From an archaeon (GTDB taxonomy: Archaea > Asgardarchaeota > Thorarchaeia > Thorarchaeales > Thorarchaeaceae): 64,000 nucleotides of DNA. The stretch spans positions 7,022-71,021 of the forward strand of contig JAJRWI010000053.1 of the NCBI GenBank assembly GCA_024276825.1, written 5' to 3'. Positions 37,853 through 47,744 of this stretch are shown here, piece after piece (position 1 is the first letter of the stretch; each line of letters starts with the position of its first letter). The notes under the pieces are model-generated. The model searched no databases, had not been told where the DNA came from, and saw only the letters and a program-made list of their open reading frames with translations. The position numbers and the translations under genes are program-made.

Positions 37853-38641
37853 TTATTCACTCTCACCTACAGACAGGATATGTTCGGTGATTATTTTGGG
37901 ATCTTCGGTTTCAACTCCAAGTCTTCTGAAATAGTTAGCCACATTTTTAATATCGCGAAATAGATATCGCTTTGCTTTCTCATGTGACTTCAATACTGCC
38001 TGTGATACATCAATGAATATTGGTTCATCAAGCCAGAGTATGTTGAACTCGCTAAGGTCTGCATGGACTAACTCTGCCTTAGTATATCCAAGTTCTATCA
38101 TCTCAATAATCTGGTTAAATGTTTCCACAGGGGAAGGAATTTTCACCTGACGAATCAATGGGGCGGGTAATTTACTCTCTATGTTTCCAATGAACTCCAT
38201 CACGAGAACATTTCTTTCAATAGCTAATGGTTTAGGGACCCGCACACCAACATCATAGTACCTCTTTAGATTCAGGTACTCCTTGCGTGCCCAGAGTGGA
38301 ATGAGAGCTCTACTCCGCCTTTTCACTCTTCTAAATCTAGGGTCTCCTTGAATGTATTCTAGCATGAAGTCAGTTTCAGCAGTGGTCATCCGATATATCT
38401 TAACCGCAAGGGGATATCCATCTTGGTCTTCGCCGCGGTAGACATTGGCTTCTTTTCCAGTGCTAATTGCCCCAAACAGACGTGAGATTACGCCCTTGTT
38501 GAGAAGCCTGTATAATATTTTGAGTGTAGGTGGATCTATTACTCCCTCTACTACTTTGAAGTCGTCTATATCTTTGCGTCGCATCTTTCGGCTTTCAAGC
38601 TTAGAGTCAATGAGTCTACGCTTAGTATCAACACGTTTCAT
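37853..38641 (-). CDS. rio1: RIO-type serine/threonine protein kinase (Rio1-like)
   Basis: LAVKIYR, HADLSEFNIL catalytic loop, DVSQAV. Confidence 0.85.
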   Translation of the reverse strand: MKRVDTKRRLIDSKLESRKMRRKDIDDFKVVEGVIDPPTLKILYRLLNKGVISRLFGAISTGKEANVYRGEDQDGYPLAVKIYRMTTAETDFMLEYIQGDPRFRRVKRRSRALIPLWARKEYLNLKRYYDVGVRVPKPLAIERNVLVMEFIGNIESKLPAPLIRQVKIPSPVETFNQIIEMIELGYTKAELVHADLSEFNILWLDEPIFIDVSQAVLKSHEKAKRYLFRDIKNVANYFRRLGVETEDPKIITEHILSVGESE

Positions 38642-38717
38642 GGTCTAAAGATCACACTTCCCCATACACGATTACTGGAGTTTAATTAGTCTAATGTGAA
38701 GTATTAGCAGGTTACAG

Positions 38718-39062
38718 TTAAAACATTTTTAGGATTCCACGTTTCTGAAGCCAGTCGAGTTCATTACCGCGATAGCGATGAACCACATCGCATTTTTGAT
38801 CCTCTTGAAAGTCCCATGGAACAATCAGCACAGTATCACCAATCCTCATCCAGACCCGCTTCTTCATCCGCCCAGGGATACGTCCCACACGAATATTGCC
38901 ATCCTCACATCTCACACGAACACGATCGTAACCTAACATTTGAATTATGATTCCGAACATCTCGCCCTCATCAGGGTTTGGAACCCTGACTCGGACTGGT
39001 TCATCCCCTGTTTGTGGGGCCCGTTGACCTCGTCCTTTCCCTTTTCGAACCAAAATAATCAT
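38718..39062 (-). CDS. eif1a: translation initiation factor 1A (aIF1A)
   Basis: S1-like OB fold (GEMFGIIIQMLGYDRVRVRCEDGNIRVGRIPGRMKKRVWM). Confidence 0.85.
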   Translation of the reverse strand: MIILVRKGKGRGQRAPQTGDEPVRVRVPNPDEGEMFGIIIQMLGYDRVRVRCEDGNIRVGRIPGRMKKRVWMRIGDTVLIVPWDFQEDQKCDVVHRYRGNELDWLQKRGILKMF

Positions 39063-39143
39063 CCATTTTTAGCTAAACTCGATAAAATCTCGAGTCTTTG
39101 AATAGAAAGAGAAAATGACTGCATTTAAGCATTAGCTATTGAC

Positions 39144-39178
39144 TGCTGTGAAACTGGCTGAAACTTGCTGAATCTGAC
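39144..39178. repeat. three tandem roughly 11-nt direct repeats (GCTGAAACT-like), about 80-115 nt upstream of eIF1A start (reads AGTTTCAGC on the gene strand)
   Basis: gctgtGAAACTg GCTGAAACTt GCTGAAtCTGA. Helical-turn periodicity. Confidence 0.4.
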
Positions 39179-39221
39179 TATTCTCATTTAATAACTGAGT
39201 ATTTTGGATTCAATGTATTTG

Positions 39222-40298
39222 TCACCTTGATACTGGAAGGTGACCAAATTCATCAAAGAATATCACTTCAATTGTATCGCCAGCCTGATATGAGTCGTTG
39301 ATTATCTCGGAGTCCATCTCAATCATCTCGAATGACTCAGAATCCATCAGTTGAACAGGCTGACCATAGGCTCGAGAGAGTATCATGAAGCGCCTTTTGG
39401 AGGATGAAGGAGCCATGAATTGGATGGTTTGCCATTTGGAACTCTTCTGGTGAACTGTGAATTGAGAGCGGTCTTTCAGATCATAACACGTCAGTCCGCT
39501 TTTTCCCATTGCATCAACTTGGCAAGGCCTTCCCACAACTATGATAAAGTCGCCCACGGTGTATTGGGGCAGACGTAGCATTATTGTGACCCTGAATTTG
39601 TCCCTTCCACCCTTCTCTTGCCCCACTAGCTTGTAGTTCTCCTTGCGGCTTGCTAGAAATTGAGATTGTATCTCATCAGCAATCTTTCTACAGAGGTGCT
39701 CTGAGCCAATCCAAAAATCAATCCCATATTTGTCACGGGATATTCCACTCACAAAGGCATGAACATCTTTAGGATGTTCTTGGATAGTCATGTGTTCAAC
39801 AATCTCAGATATTTGATCCTCCTCTCGTTCTGTCACCGGACGGTTGTCAGCTCTGATTTGCAGTATTGCTTCATAGTATCCCCCACTCAATGATGAACAG
39901 CTGTTGCAAATGCCATAATTGACTCTTACCTCGACTTCATGAACTTCAGATTTCTTGGGAACCTGCACATGGGAAGACCCATAGACATCAATTGTGACGT
40001 TTATGACCCGATCACGAGCAACTACACTTGTGTATCCAACCTCATATGTCTTAATAGTCTGACTGATTGCGCTGTCAAGGAGGATTTTGAGCTGATGTTG
40101 TCTGACATCATCTGGTTCTACAACAGTGATTGGGAGTTGTTTCCACCCGCCGGGAATCTTTACAGCACCACACCGCTTGCATACGGTCATTTCAAGCCTA
40201 TCTGGAAGTTCCACTAGGGGATATTCCTTGCGATAGCAATCTATGCAAAGACCATCAACAACCGACTCTTTGCCGCAGAGGTAACAGGGTGCTGGCAT
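39222..40298 (-). CDS. NMD3-family protein (60S export/maturation factor homolog)
   Basis: N-terminal CxxC-x9-CxxC zinc module, about 350 aa, OB-like C-terminal region. Confidence 0.5.
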   Translation of the reverse strand: MPAPCYLCGKESVVDGLCIDCYRKEYPLVELPDRLEMTVCKRCGAVKIPGGWKQLPITVVEPDDVRQHQLKILLDSAISQTIKTYEVGYTSVVARDRVINVTIDVYGSSHVQVPKKSEVHEVEVRVNYGICNSCSSLSGGYYEAILQIRADNRPVTEREEDQISEIVEHMTIQEHPKDVHAFVSGISRDKYGIDFWIGSEHLCRKIADEIQSQFLASRKENYKLVGQEKGGRDKFRVTIMLRLPQYTVGDFIIVVGRPCQVDAMGKSGLTCYDLKDRSQFTVHQKSSKWQTIQFMAPSSSKRRFMILSRAYGQPVQLMDSESFEMIEMDSEIINDSYQAGDTIEVIFFDEFGHLPVSR

Positions 40299-40401
40299 CT
40301 ATATCAACTGGCCATTTTTATGCATGAGTCTTTAAAACATGAATGATTAGTGAAAAAGTCCTTCCATAACTCTTTTCTTGTTATGAATCCATATTCAGTT
40401 C

Positions 40402-40806
40402 ATGCCACGACGAAAAAGACACAGGATTGTTTCAAGAGAACCACCTGTGTCAATATTTAAGCCTGCAGGAATCCCAGCAAGAGAACTCAGAGAGATTCTG
40501 ATCACAGTGGATGAGCTTGAGGCGATTCGTCTTGCAGATTATTTGCAGATGAGTCAGAGAAACGCAAGTGATGAGATGAAAATAAGCCAGCCTACGTTCA
40601 ATAGGGTCCTTACCTCAGCCAGACGAAAGATAGCAACAGGTCTTGTTGAGGGATGTGTGCTCAGAATTGAGGGGGGTAGATATGTGTTGGCTGATGGTAC
40701 AGGCCATCTTGAGTGTGTGAACTGTGGAGAAACTGCAGCTACAACAGAGGGCTATGAACAACCATGTCCAAGGTGTGGATCAACGGATTTCAAATGGACC
40801 AGATAG
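40402..40806 (+). CDS. DUF134 (UPF0251) HTH DNA-binding protein with C-terminal zinc ribbon
   Basis: IFKPAGIP...LEAIRLADYL...SQPTFNRVL..ARRKIA..LVEG pattern. C-terminal C-x2-C...C-x2-C. Confidence 0.7.
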   Translation: MPRRKRHRIVSREPPVSIFKPAGIPARELREILITVDELEAIRLADYLQMSQRNASDEMKISQPTFNRVLTSARRKIATGLVEGCVLRIEGGRYVLADGTGHLECVNCGETAATTEGYEQPCPRCGSTDFKWTR

Positions 40807-40822
40807 GAGTTGAAAAAATAAA

Positions 40823-41203
40823 ATGACTATAGAGAAAATTGCAATACCAATTGATAGTGATAATGGGCTAGAGAGCCCCATTAGTGGCCATTTTGGACAT
40901 ACACAATATTTTCTAATTGCATCGTTAGAAGATGATGAGATTGTTGATGTTCAGACAATTCCGAATGTCCCGCACAGCAGTTGTGCCGGACCTGTAAACC
41001 TGCTCGCACAGAATGGTGTGAGTGTGCTTCTCACTAGTGGAATGGGAATGAGACCATTCATGATCTGTCAGCAGTTGGGCATCTCTGTAATAAGGACTAG
41101 TGATAATGTTGCTCACAAGGCAATAGAGAGATACATCAGAGGTGAGAGTCGAGCTCTTGGAGAGGAGGGCCTGTGTCAAGGCGGCGGTAGGCATCAACAT
41201 TAG
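40823..41203 (+). CDS. NifB/NifX-like (dinitrogenase FeMo-cofactor-binding fold, PF02579) protein
   Basis: Small protein IAIPID...GHFGH..YFLI pattern. Typical partner of DUF134. Confidence 0.6.
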   Translation: MTIEKIAIPIDSDNGLESPISGHFGHTQYFLIASLEDDEIVDVQTIPNVPHSSCAGPVNLLAQNGVSVLLTSGMGMRPFMICQQLGISVIRTSDNVAHKAIERYIRGESRALGEEGLCQGGGRHQH

Positions 41204-41216
41204 TGAGATGGACTCT

Positions 41217-41570
41217 TTATAGTCGCACCCATTGAGCATGTGGATGCCCATCGATATATATCACGGCTTGTTGATGGACATAACCCGCATCGATTGCCAT
41301 CTGAACAGCATGTTTGCCAATGAGATTTACAATCGTTGCCTTTTTAAAATGAGTAAGACACTCTTCTAATCCCATCAGAGTGCCACCATAAAATTCCTCA
41401 CTGATAACGAACTTTATCTCGCCCTTTGATAGAGTCTTTCCCAATAGGTTTTCATCACACAGAGCAACCATATAATGCGGCTTGTGATCATGAACCTTTA
41501 CGTATACCCGATTTTGTTTTTGGCTCCCTGTAATAGTAATGACCCCACACATCTTTTTTGATAATGCCAT
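41217..41570 (-). CDS. DUF424-like conserved archaeal protein (start trimmed to avoid 32-nt overlap with aIF2-beta)
   Basis: VKVHDHKPHYMVALCDENLLGK pattern. Confidence 0.4.
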   Translation of the reverse strand: MALSKKMCGVITITGSQKQNRVYVKVHDHKPHYMVALCDENLLGKTLSKGEIKFVISEEFYGGTLMGLEECLTHFKKATIVNLIGKHAVQMAIDAGYVHQQAVIYIDGHPHAQWVRL

Positions 41571-41580
41571 GGAATCCAAT

Positions 41581-41994
41581 TTAGATCGGTCTGATTGATG
41601 TTTTTGCACCACAGGCAGAACAGGATAGATAGTATACCTGTTTCTCTTTGACTATTGAAGTGTCAGGTCTGGAACAGACTGGACATTTGACATAAGAGTT
41701 GATGTATCGATTCAGTACCTCTTCCACTACATCGGGAGTGAATTTTCCCTGAAACACTGCAGTGCTTCCCTCAAAGGTACCAGCTGTTGCTAACTGACCA
41801 GCAACAAACTTCATGACCTCTTTGCCAGGACGGTTGAGTACTGTGATTATCTCTTGAAAGTTCTGCCAAATGGTCCTGTTACCTTGTACCATTAATTGTA
41901 CCTCTGGCACCTGAAATCGTTCTCCAGAACGGCGGAATGCATCATCTGGTACTTGAGCCCGTGCCCGATCCAGGAGACTCTCGTAATCGTCCAT
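41581..41994 (-). CDS. eif2b: translation initiation factor 2 beta subunit
   Basis: Helical N-domain plus C-terminal CPVC...CSAC zinc ribbon. Confidence 0.85.
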   Translation of the reverse strand: MDDYESLLDRARAQVPDDAFRRSGERFQVPEVQLMVQGNRTIWQNFQEIITVLNRPGKEVMKFVAGQLATAGTFEGSTAVFQGKFTPDVVEEVLNRYINSYVKCPVCSRPDTSIVKEKQVYYLSCSACGAKTSIRPI

Positions 41995-42044
41995 GATTCT
42001 TTCTCTCTCCCATATACTATTGAATCTTCTGCTCCGACTGATTA

Positions 42045-42758
42045 TTATCGAGATGATGGGACATATTTTCCTATTCCAACTTCTTCTATTTCCTCACGGT
42101 CCTGTAGATCTAAGACCTTCATCTGGATGTCATCCTTCTCAAATCCGCGCTCCATGAAAAAGTCGATTATCTCGTCTATAGACACTCCATTGACACTGCC
42201 GTGTTGCTTGATGAACTTCAATATCTGACGAATAAGAGGGCCAGAATATTCCGAGGGTTCAGATGTGCCAAGTTCTGAAACTGCTGGTTCGGAGAGGGTC
42301 ATCTGAGGCTCGCTGGCAGGAGAATAATGCACACCAGTCTGGGACAGAATTGTCTGATATCGCAATAGCAGATGGAGTGTCATGAGATTAGGGTCTGACA
42401 CCTCCCGGATTATCTCAGGGTCCACATACACATCATCATTATATTGTTTGATTCGGCCGATTAGCAATACAAGCTTGTTGTTTTCGACTGCTGACAGTAA
42501 ATCGACCTTGCGTCTATCAGTACTCCAAGCCTTTGCTTGTATTGTTTCAGTACCATCATCTAGTGTGATGCTTGCAAATTCACCAGGCTTAGAATAGGTA
42601 CGAACAACAAATGCAACAAACGCGGCTCTTCTTATTTGAACCCCAAATGGAGATATCACATATGAGCTATCTGGGTCTTTAATGAACTCACCATCAATAA
42701 CGTCTGCAATTGATGCCCTGATTGCAGTCATTCTTTTCTTCATGAAATATAACCACAC
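42045..42758 (-). CDS. RPA32-like OB-fold protein with C-terminal winged-helix domain
   Basis: Central OB-fold pattern (ASITLDDGTETIQAKAW...LVLLIGRIKQYNDDVYV). C-terminal wH-like helix-rich region. Confidence 0.45.
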   Translation of the reverse strand: MWLYFMKKRMTAIRASIADVIDGEFIKDPDSSYVISPFGVQIRRAAFVAFVVRTYSKPGEFASITLDDGTETIQAKAWSTDRRKVDLLSAVENNKLVLLIGRIKQYNDDVYVDPEIIREVSDPNLMTLHLLLRYQTILSQTGVHYSPASEPQMTLSEPAVSELGTSEPSEYSGPLIRQILKFIKQHGSVNGVSIDEIIDFFMERGFEKDDIQMKVLDLQDREEIEEVGIGKYVPSSR

Positions 42759-42916
42759 TTGTTCTGAAGAGGTTGGGTCTTGACCACCCCATTCGGATTC
42801 TCTCTTTCATATTTTATATTTGTCATTAGGTCAGTAAACCAGCATGATTTCGTCTGACAGTCATGAATCATATGTGTTATTAAACTTCTATAGAAGAATG
42901 CAGGAATGATTCAAGG

Positions 42917-43951
42917 TTAGAAGAACTCGCTGAGTGAACTCTGATACATTGACTTGTCAAAGGCATCAAGCAAACGTTGAGTCGCCCTGTTCACACGTTC
43001 TTCACCAAAATCATGTTGTGTGCAGAGAATATCAAATATAGTGTCAGGTTGTGGCTCGGGCCATTTGATGGGATCAATCTCAATAGTTGGTGGTTCTAGG
43101 AATATTTTTCGAATCTCATTGTATGGAAAATCAAGCACTATGCCCTTTTCAACCACTATTTTCTCAATAGATCCATATTGCTTCATCAGTTTCAGAGCCG
43201 TCTTTGGTCCAATCCCCTTGATTCGTGCATTATAGTCAGTTCCAATGAGAATTGCAATGTCAACCAATTGTTCACGGGTCAAGCCCAGCCTTTTCAGATT
43301 TGTTGTCAATTCTATGAGCTCTGGATGTATTGTCTTGTATGACCTTGATCTTGCTACTCTACGACGACCAGTAATAGAAAGATTTCGAACCATACGGGGG
43401 CAGTCATACAGCAGCGAGTCAAAGTCTTGACTTGCACTAGCCCAGACAATACCTTCCTTAGCCATCTGGGCAGCCAATGCCTCTCCTTCAGATGGGGCTT
43501 GAATCACAGGGATGCCCATGGCAGTGAGAAGTTCTTTGCTCTCCTGAATTATCTCATCAGTGAGCTTTGAGCTTGCTTGAGCAGCCCGGCGCGCATCCTC
43601 AATACGACCCTCCTCCAATGCAAGTTCCCACTTGGCCCGTGCGTCTTCACGTTTCTTGCGTCTTCTCTCAATCTCTTTGGATTTCAATTCATGGGGTTCA
43701 CCATCGAACACGTAAACCAAACGTATTCCATGTTCAATTAGGTTGGTGTTTCGATAGAACAGACCACTTAGATGGCTTGTGAGGCGACCAGACCGATCCT
43801 TCAAAGGGGTACCATCAGGCTGTCTAATGATTGCTAAGAATTGATAGAGTGTGTTGAAAGCATCAATTGCAATAGACTTGTTATTCAGATCAGTCAATGA
43901 GATAACTTCTGATTCGATTATATCACCAAGTTGAGTTCCCATCAGCGTCAC
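42917..43951 (-). CDS. fen1: flap endonuclease 1; likely start at Met4 (43942)
   Basis: XPG-N and XPG-I nuclease motifs, H3TH, typical 340-aa length. Confidence 0.9.
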   Translation of the reverse strand: MTLMGTQLGDIIESEVISLTDLNNKSIAIDAFNTLYQFLAIIRQPDGTPLKDRSGRLTSHLSGLFYRNTNLIEHGIRLVYVFDGEPHELKSKEIERRRKKREDARAKWELALEEGRIEDARRAAQASSKLTDEIIQESKELLTAMGIPVIQAPSEGEALAAQMAKEGIVWASASQDFDSLLYDCPRMVRNLSITGRRRVARSRSYKTIHPELIELTTNLKRLGLTREQLVDIAILIGTDYNARIKGIGPKTALKLMKQYGSIEKIVVEKGIVLDFPYNEIRKIFLEPPTIEIDPIKWPEPQPDTIFDILCTQHDFGEERVNRATQRLLDAFDKSMYQSSLSEFF

Positions 43952-44105
43952 CTCTTGTCTGACAATATGATTCTAACACAAATCGCATATAAATTGGCAC
44001 GAAGAATAAGACTAGTTTCTGTTGTCCATCTACGCTTCGGTATCTTTATAATGGCTCATTAGTGGGCATGAGATGCTCCTAATCCACTTAGATTGGTGAT
44101 TATCT

Positions 44106-44279
44106 GTGACAATTAAAGCAATTAGATGTACATCATGTCATTGTTCAATCTCGCCGCAGGAGAACAGTGTGAAGTTTCAATGCCCCTCCTGTGGAGCATT
44201 TACCATCTGGCGATGTGAAAAGTGTAGACTGTTTTCTAACAAATATACATGCCAGAACTGTGGTTTCGAGGGGCCATAA
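44106..44279 (+). CDS. small zinc-ribbon protein (GTG start; below ORF-track cutoff)
   Basis: 57-aa ORF with four CxxC pairs (CTSC, CPSC, CEKC, CQNC) immediately upstream of aEF1-beta. Confidence 0.4.
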   Translation: MTIKAIRCTSCHCSISPQENSVKFQCPSCGAFTIWRCEKCRLFSNKYTCQNCGFEGP

Positions 44280-44298
44280 ATTCAAAGAGGTGTATCAG

Positions 44299-44565
44299 TT
44301 GGCCAGAGTTATAATTACACTGAGGATTATGCCAGAGGATGTCGATGTTGACCTTGAGGAGCTAATTGAAAAGATTAAAGGAGCAGTGCCCGAGGGGACT
44401 GATGTAAGGGCCAATGAGATCGTACCAATTGCATTTGGTCTGAAGGCCATTAGGATGAATGTTGCAAGAGACGAGTCACTTGGGGGCCCTAATGACATCG
44501 AGGCCGCTATCATGGCTATTGAAGGAGTGGCTCAGGTAGAAGTTGAGATGTTATCTAGAATGTGA
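44299..44565 (+). CDS. ef1b: translation elongation factor 1-beta (aEF1B); TTG start preferred over ORF-track 44191
   Basis: IMPEDVDVDLEEL...IAFGLKAIR...EGVAQVEV pattern. Confidence 0.75.
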   Translation: MARVIITLRIMPEDVDVDLEELIEKIKGAVPEGTDVRANEIVPIAFGLKAIRMNVARDESLGGPNDIEAAIMAIEGVAQVEVEMLSRM

Positions 44566-44787
44566 TGACTCTTACGCGCCAATTCTGCCCATTCTTGGAC
44601 GATAATTAGATTAAAGGAAGCCTACATCACTGCAAGTCTAAAAAGTATTAAGCCATTTCGAAGACCTTAAAGACATTCATACTGACAATAGTTCATTGTC
44701 AAAGAGGTTTTGAATCTTAAAGAAAACTACCAATAAATTCAAACTCACTCATAGACCAAATGGAAACATGGAGGCTGGTTTGAGGTA

Positions 44788-46980
44788 TTGACGGAAATTA
44801 TTCTTAAGGTCGCAGAGGCCGAACATAGAGACATTGGAAGGTATATAGTCAGAATTGACACCATATCAATGGAGAAGCTTGGAGTCAGAACAGGCGATAT
44901 TGTACAAATCAAGGGAAAGAGAACTACTGCTGCAATCGCATGGCCAGCATATCAAGGGGATAAGGGAAAGGACATCATCAGAATGGATGGTAGAATAAGA
45001 AGAAATGCAGGAGTCAGTCTTAGTGAGAAAGTCATAGTCACAAAAGCCAACGAGGACCCAGCAAGAAATATCACTCTGGCACCGACCTCTGTTCCAATCA
45101 AGCCAGAACCAAGGTTTGAAGAGTTTGTAAAGAGAAAGCTGCTCAATTGCCCAGTGACCCTTCATGATACTGTCTTCATCCCCATTCTTGGCAGAGCAAT
45201 TCCATTCAAGGTCACTTCTATCAAACCATCGGGAACTGTTGTTGTCCAGCATTCAACCATCCTGACTATTGCTGAGAAGGTCACTGGGGACATTGCAGGT
45301 ACATCACAGGTCACATATGAAGAAATAGGTGGATTGTCGGAACAGATTCAGAGAATACGGGAGATGGTAGAACTCCCCATGAGGCATCCCGAGCTTTTCA
45401 AGCGACTTGGAATTGATCCCCCACGTGGACTGATTCTTCATGGCCCACCCGGAACTGGGAAGACGCTCATGGCCAAAGCAGTCGCCAACGAGTCTGAGGC
45501 TCATTTTATACACATAAACGGACCGGAGATCATGTCAAAGTTCTATGGCGAGTCTGAACAAAAGTTGAGAAAGATCTTCGAAGACGCTGAGAACAACGCC
45601 CCAAGCATTCTCTTCATAGATGAGCTTGATGCTATTGCTCCCAAACGAGAGGATGTACAGGGTGAGGTTGAACGAAGAGTTGTGGCTCAACTGCTCGCAA
45701 TCATGGATGGATTAAAGGGACGAGGAGAAGTAATTGTAATAGGAGCGACAAACCGAGTCAATGCCCTTGACCCAGCCCTCCGAAGGCCTGGCCGCTTTGA
45801 TAGAGAGATTGAGATTGGAGTACCAGATGAGAAGGGAAGGTATGAAATCCTTCAGATTCACTCAAGAGGAATGCCTCTCACAGCGGAAGGTAGTGGAAAG
45901 GTGGACTTGCAGCACTTGGCCAAGATAACACATGGGTTTGTTGGAGCAGACTTGCATGCATTATGTCGTGAGGCTGCAATGAAAGCTCTTAGGCGGTATC
46001 TACCAGAGATCAATTTGGATGAGGAAGAGATACCTCAAGAGGTCCTCGAGAAACTAGAGGTCAACAATGATGATTTCTTAGGCGCCCTACGTGAGATACA
46101 GCCCTCGGCAATCAGAGAGGTCTTCATTGAGATTCCTGATGTTCACTGGGATGACATAGGCGGGCTTGAACAGGCAAAGCAAGAGCTCATTGAGGTTGTT
46201 GAATGGCCCCTAAGAAAACCTGAGGCATTCAAGAGAGTTGGAATCACACCCCCCAAAGGAGTTCTGATCTTCGGACCACCTGGCTGTGGAAAAACCCTGA
46301 TGGCCAGGGCGGTAGCCACCGAGAGCGAGGCCAACTTTATCAGCGTCAAGGGGCCAGAGCTATTGTCAAAGTGGGTTGGGGAGAGTGAGAAGGCCATTCG
46401 CGAGGTGTTTCGAAAGGCTCGTACCGCGGCCCCTGCCATGGTGTTCTTTGATGAGATTGATGCTATTGCCCCCATAAGAGGCCGAAGTATTGGCGACAGT
46501 CATGTCACTGAGAGAGTGATAAGTCAGCTGCTGACAGAGATGGATGGGCTCGAGTCAATGAAAGACGTTGTTGTTCTTGCAGCCACAAATCGGCCAGAAC
46601 TTCTTGACAGAGCATTATTGCGAAGCGGAAGGTTTGATAGATTTGTCTATATTGCCCCACCTGATGCTGCCAGCAGGAAAGAGATATTCAAGATATACAC
46701 CGCAAAAATGCCGCTTGCTGATGATGTCAACATCGATGAATTAGTACAAAAGACCGAATACTACGTTGGTGGAGATATTGAGGGGCTATGCAGGGAGGCA
46801 GGCATGCTTGCTCTTAGAGAGAGTCTTGATGCGGATATGGTATATATGCGACACTTTTTAGCTGCTTTGAAGTCTATTCATCCATCAGTCACAAAAGAAG
46901 TGCTTCAACACTATGAGCGAATGAATGCCGAACTTAGACAGACCTCAGAGATAGGTTCTGAGAGACCAGGAGTGATCTAG
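44788..46980 (+). CDS. cdc48: Cdc48/VCP-like AAA+ ATPase (N-domain plus two AAA modules)
   Basis: Two Walker A sites ([16 protein letters not shown]), two Walker B DE sites, SRH. Confidence 0.9.
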   Translation: MTEIILKVAEAEHRDIGRYIVRIDTISMEKLGVRTGDIVQIKGKRTTAAIAWPAYQGDKGKDIIRMDGRIRRNAGVSLSEKVIVTKANEDPARNITLAPTSVPIKPEPRFEEFVKRKLLNCPVTLHDTVFIPILGRAIPFKVTSIKPSGTVVVQHSTILTIAEKVTGDIAGTSQVTYEEIGGLSEQIQRIREMVELPMRHPELFKRLGIDPPRGLILHGPPGTGKTLMAKAVANESEAHFIHINGPEIMSKFYGESEQKLRKIFEDAENNAPSILFIDELDAIAPKREDVQGEVERRVVAQLLAIMDGLKGRGEVIVIGATNRVNALDPALRRPGRFDREIEIGVPDEKGRYEILQIHSRGMPLTAEGSGKVDLQHLAKITHGFVGADLHALCREAAMKALRRYLPEINLDEEEIPQEVLEKLEVNNDDFLGALREIQPSAIREVFIEIPDVHWDDIGGLEQAKQELIEVVEWPLRKPEAFKRVGITPPKGVLIFGPPGCGKTLMARAVATESEANFISVKGPELLSKWVGESEKAIREVFRKARTAAPAMVFFDEIDAIAPIRGRSIGDSHVTERVISQLLTEMDGLESMKDVVVLAATNRPELLDRALLRSGRFDRFVYIAPPDAASRKEIFKIYTAKMPLADDVNIDELVQKTEYYVGGDIEGLCREAGMLALRESLDADMVYMRHFLAALKSIHPSVTKEVLQHYERMNAELRQTSEIGSERPGVI

Positions 46981-46998
46981 TCGTTAGAGGTAATAACT

Positions 46999-47259
46999 AT
47001 GGCACCATGGAATGCATTACCATTGAGAAATGTGATAGTGTCCATTATTCAGAAAAGGCATGGCGTAATTCTTGATGATGAGCTTGTTAGAATACTAAAA
47101 AAGCAGATGGGCTCTGAACCTAGTGACGCAGAGCTGAATCGGGCATTGATGCAACTGGAGATAAATGGAATTGTCCATGTGAGTCAGATCACAAAGACAA
47201 AAAGGCGTATCGAGGTAATAGAAGAGGGACTGGAATTCCTTGCAGTTGACGAGGACTGA
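46999..47259 (+). CDS. hypothetical small protein
   Basis: 86-aa ORF in tight array after cdc48. No family recognised. Confidence 0.3.
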   Translation: MAPWNALPLRNVIVSIIQKRHGVILDDELVRILKKQMGSEPSDAELNRALMQLEINGIVHVSQITKTKRRIEVIEEGLEFLAVDED

Positions 47260-47276
47260 GTAAGGGGCAGTCGGAT

Positions 47277-47738
47277 ATGCCGGGCAAAAGAGTGCTTGTA
47301 GCAGGTAAGTTTGACATTCTTCATTTAGGTCATATTGCATACCTCGAACAGGCGAGAGAGTTAGCAGGCGCAGATGGGGAGGTCATTGTGGTTATTGCAA
47401 GAGATAATACCATTTTGAAGGAGAGAGGTGCACCTCCAGTTTTCCCTGCCGAACAACGCAAGAAGATTGTAGAGTCTCTCAAGATGGTTGATAGAGCAAT
47501 TGTTGGATATGACACAGATGACCAATCAAGAGTTGTGATTGATATCAAACCAGATATATTGGCATTGGGCTACGATCAAAAGGCCAACATAGAGAGGATT
47601 CAGGGCGAGTGCAAAAGGAGAGGACTGACAACTGAAATTGTCAGACTTGAGAAGAAAGATGCAGATGGTCTCTGCTCTTCAACATTGATCAGGAAGAGGA
47701 TTATTGACTTCTATCGTGAGAATGGGACTGCAAGATGA
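47277..47738 (+). CDS. cytidylyltransferase-like nucleotidyltransferase, probable FAD synthase RibL
   Basis: GKFDILHLGH (HxGH) motif, about 150 aa. Confidence 0.6.
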   Translation: MPGKRVLVAGKFDILHLGHIAYLEQARELAGADGEVIVVIARDNTILKERGAPPVFPAEQRKKIVESLKMVDRAIVGYDTDDQSRVVIDIKPDILALGYDQKANIERIQGECKRRGLTTEIVRLEKKDADGLCSSTLIRKRIIDFYRENGTAR

Positions 47739-47744
47739 ACATTT

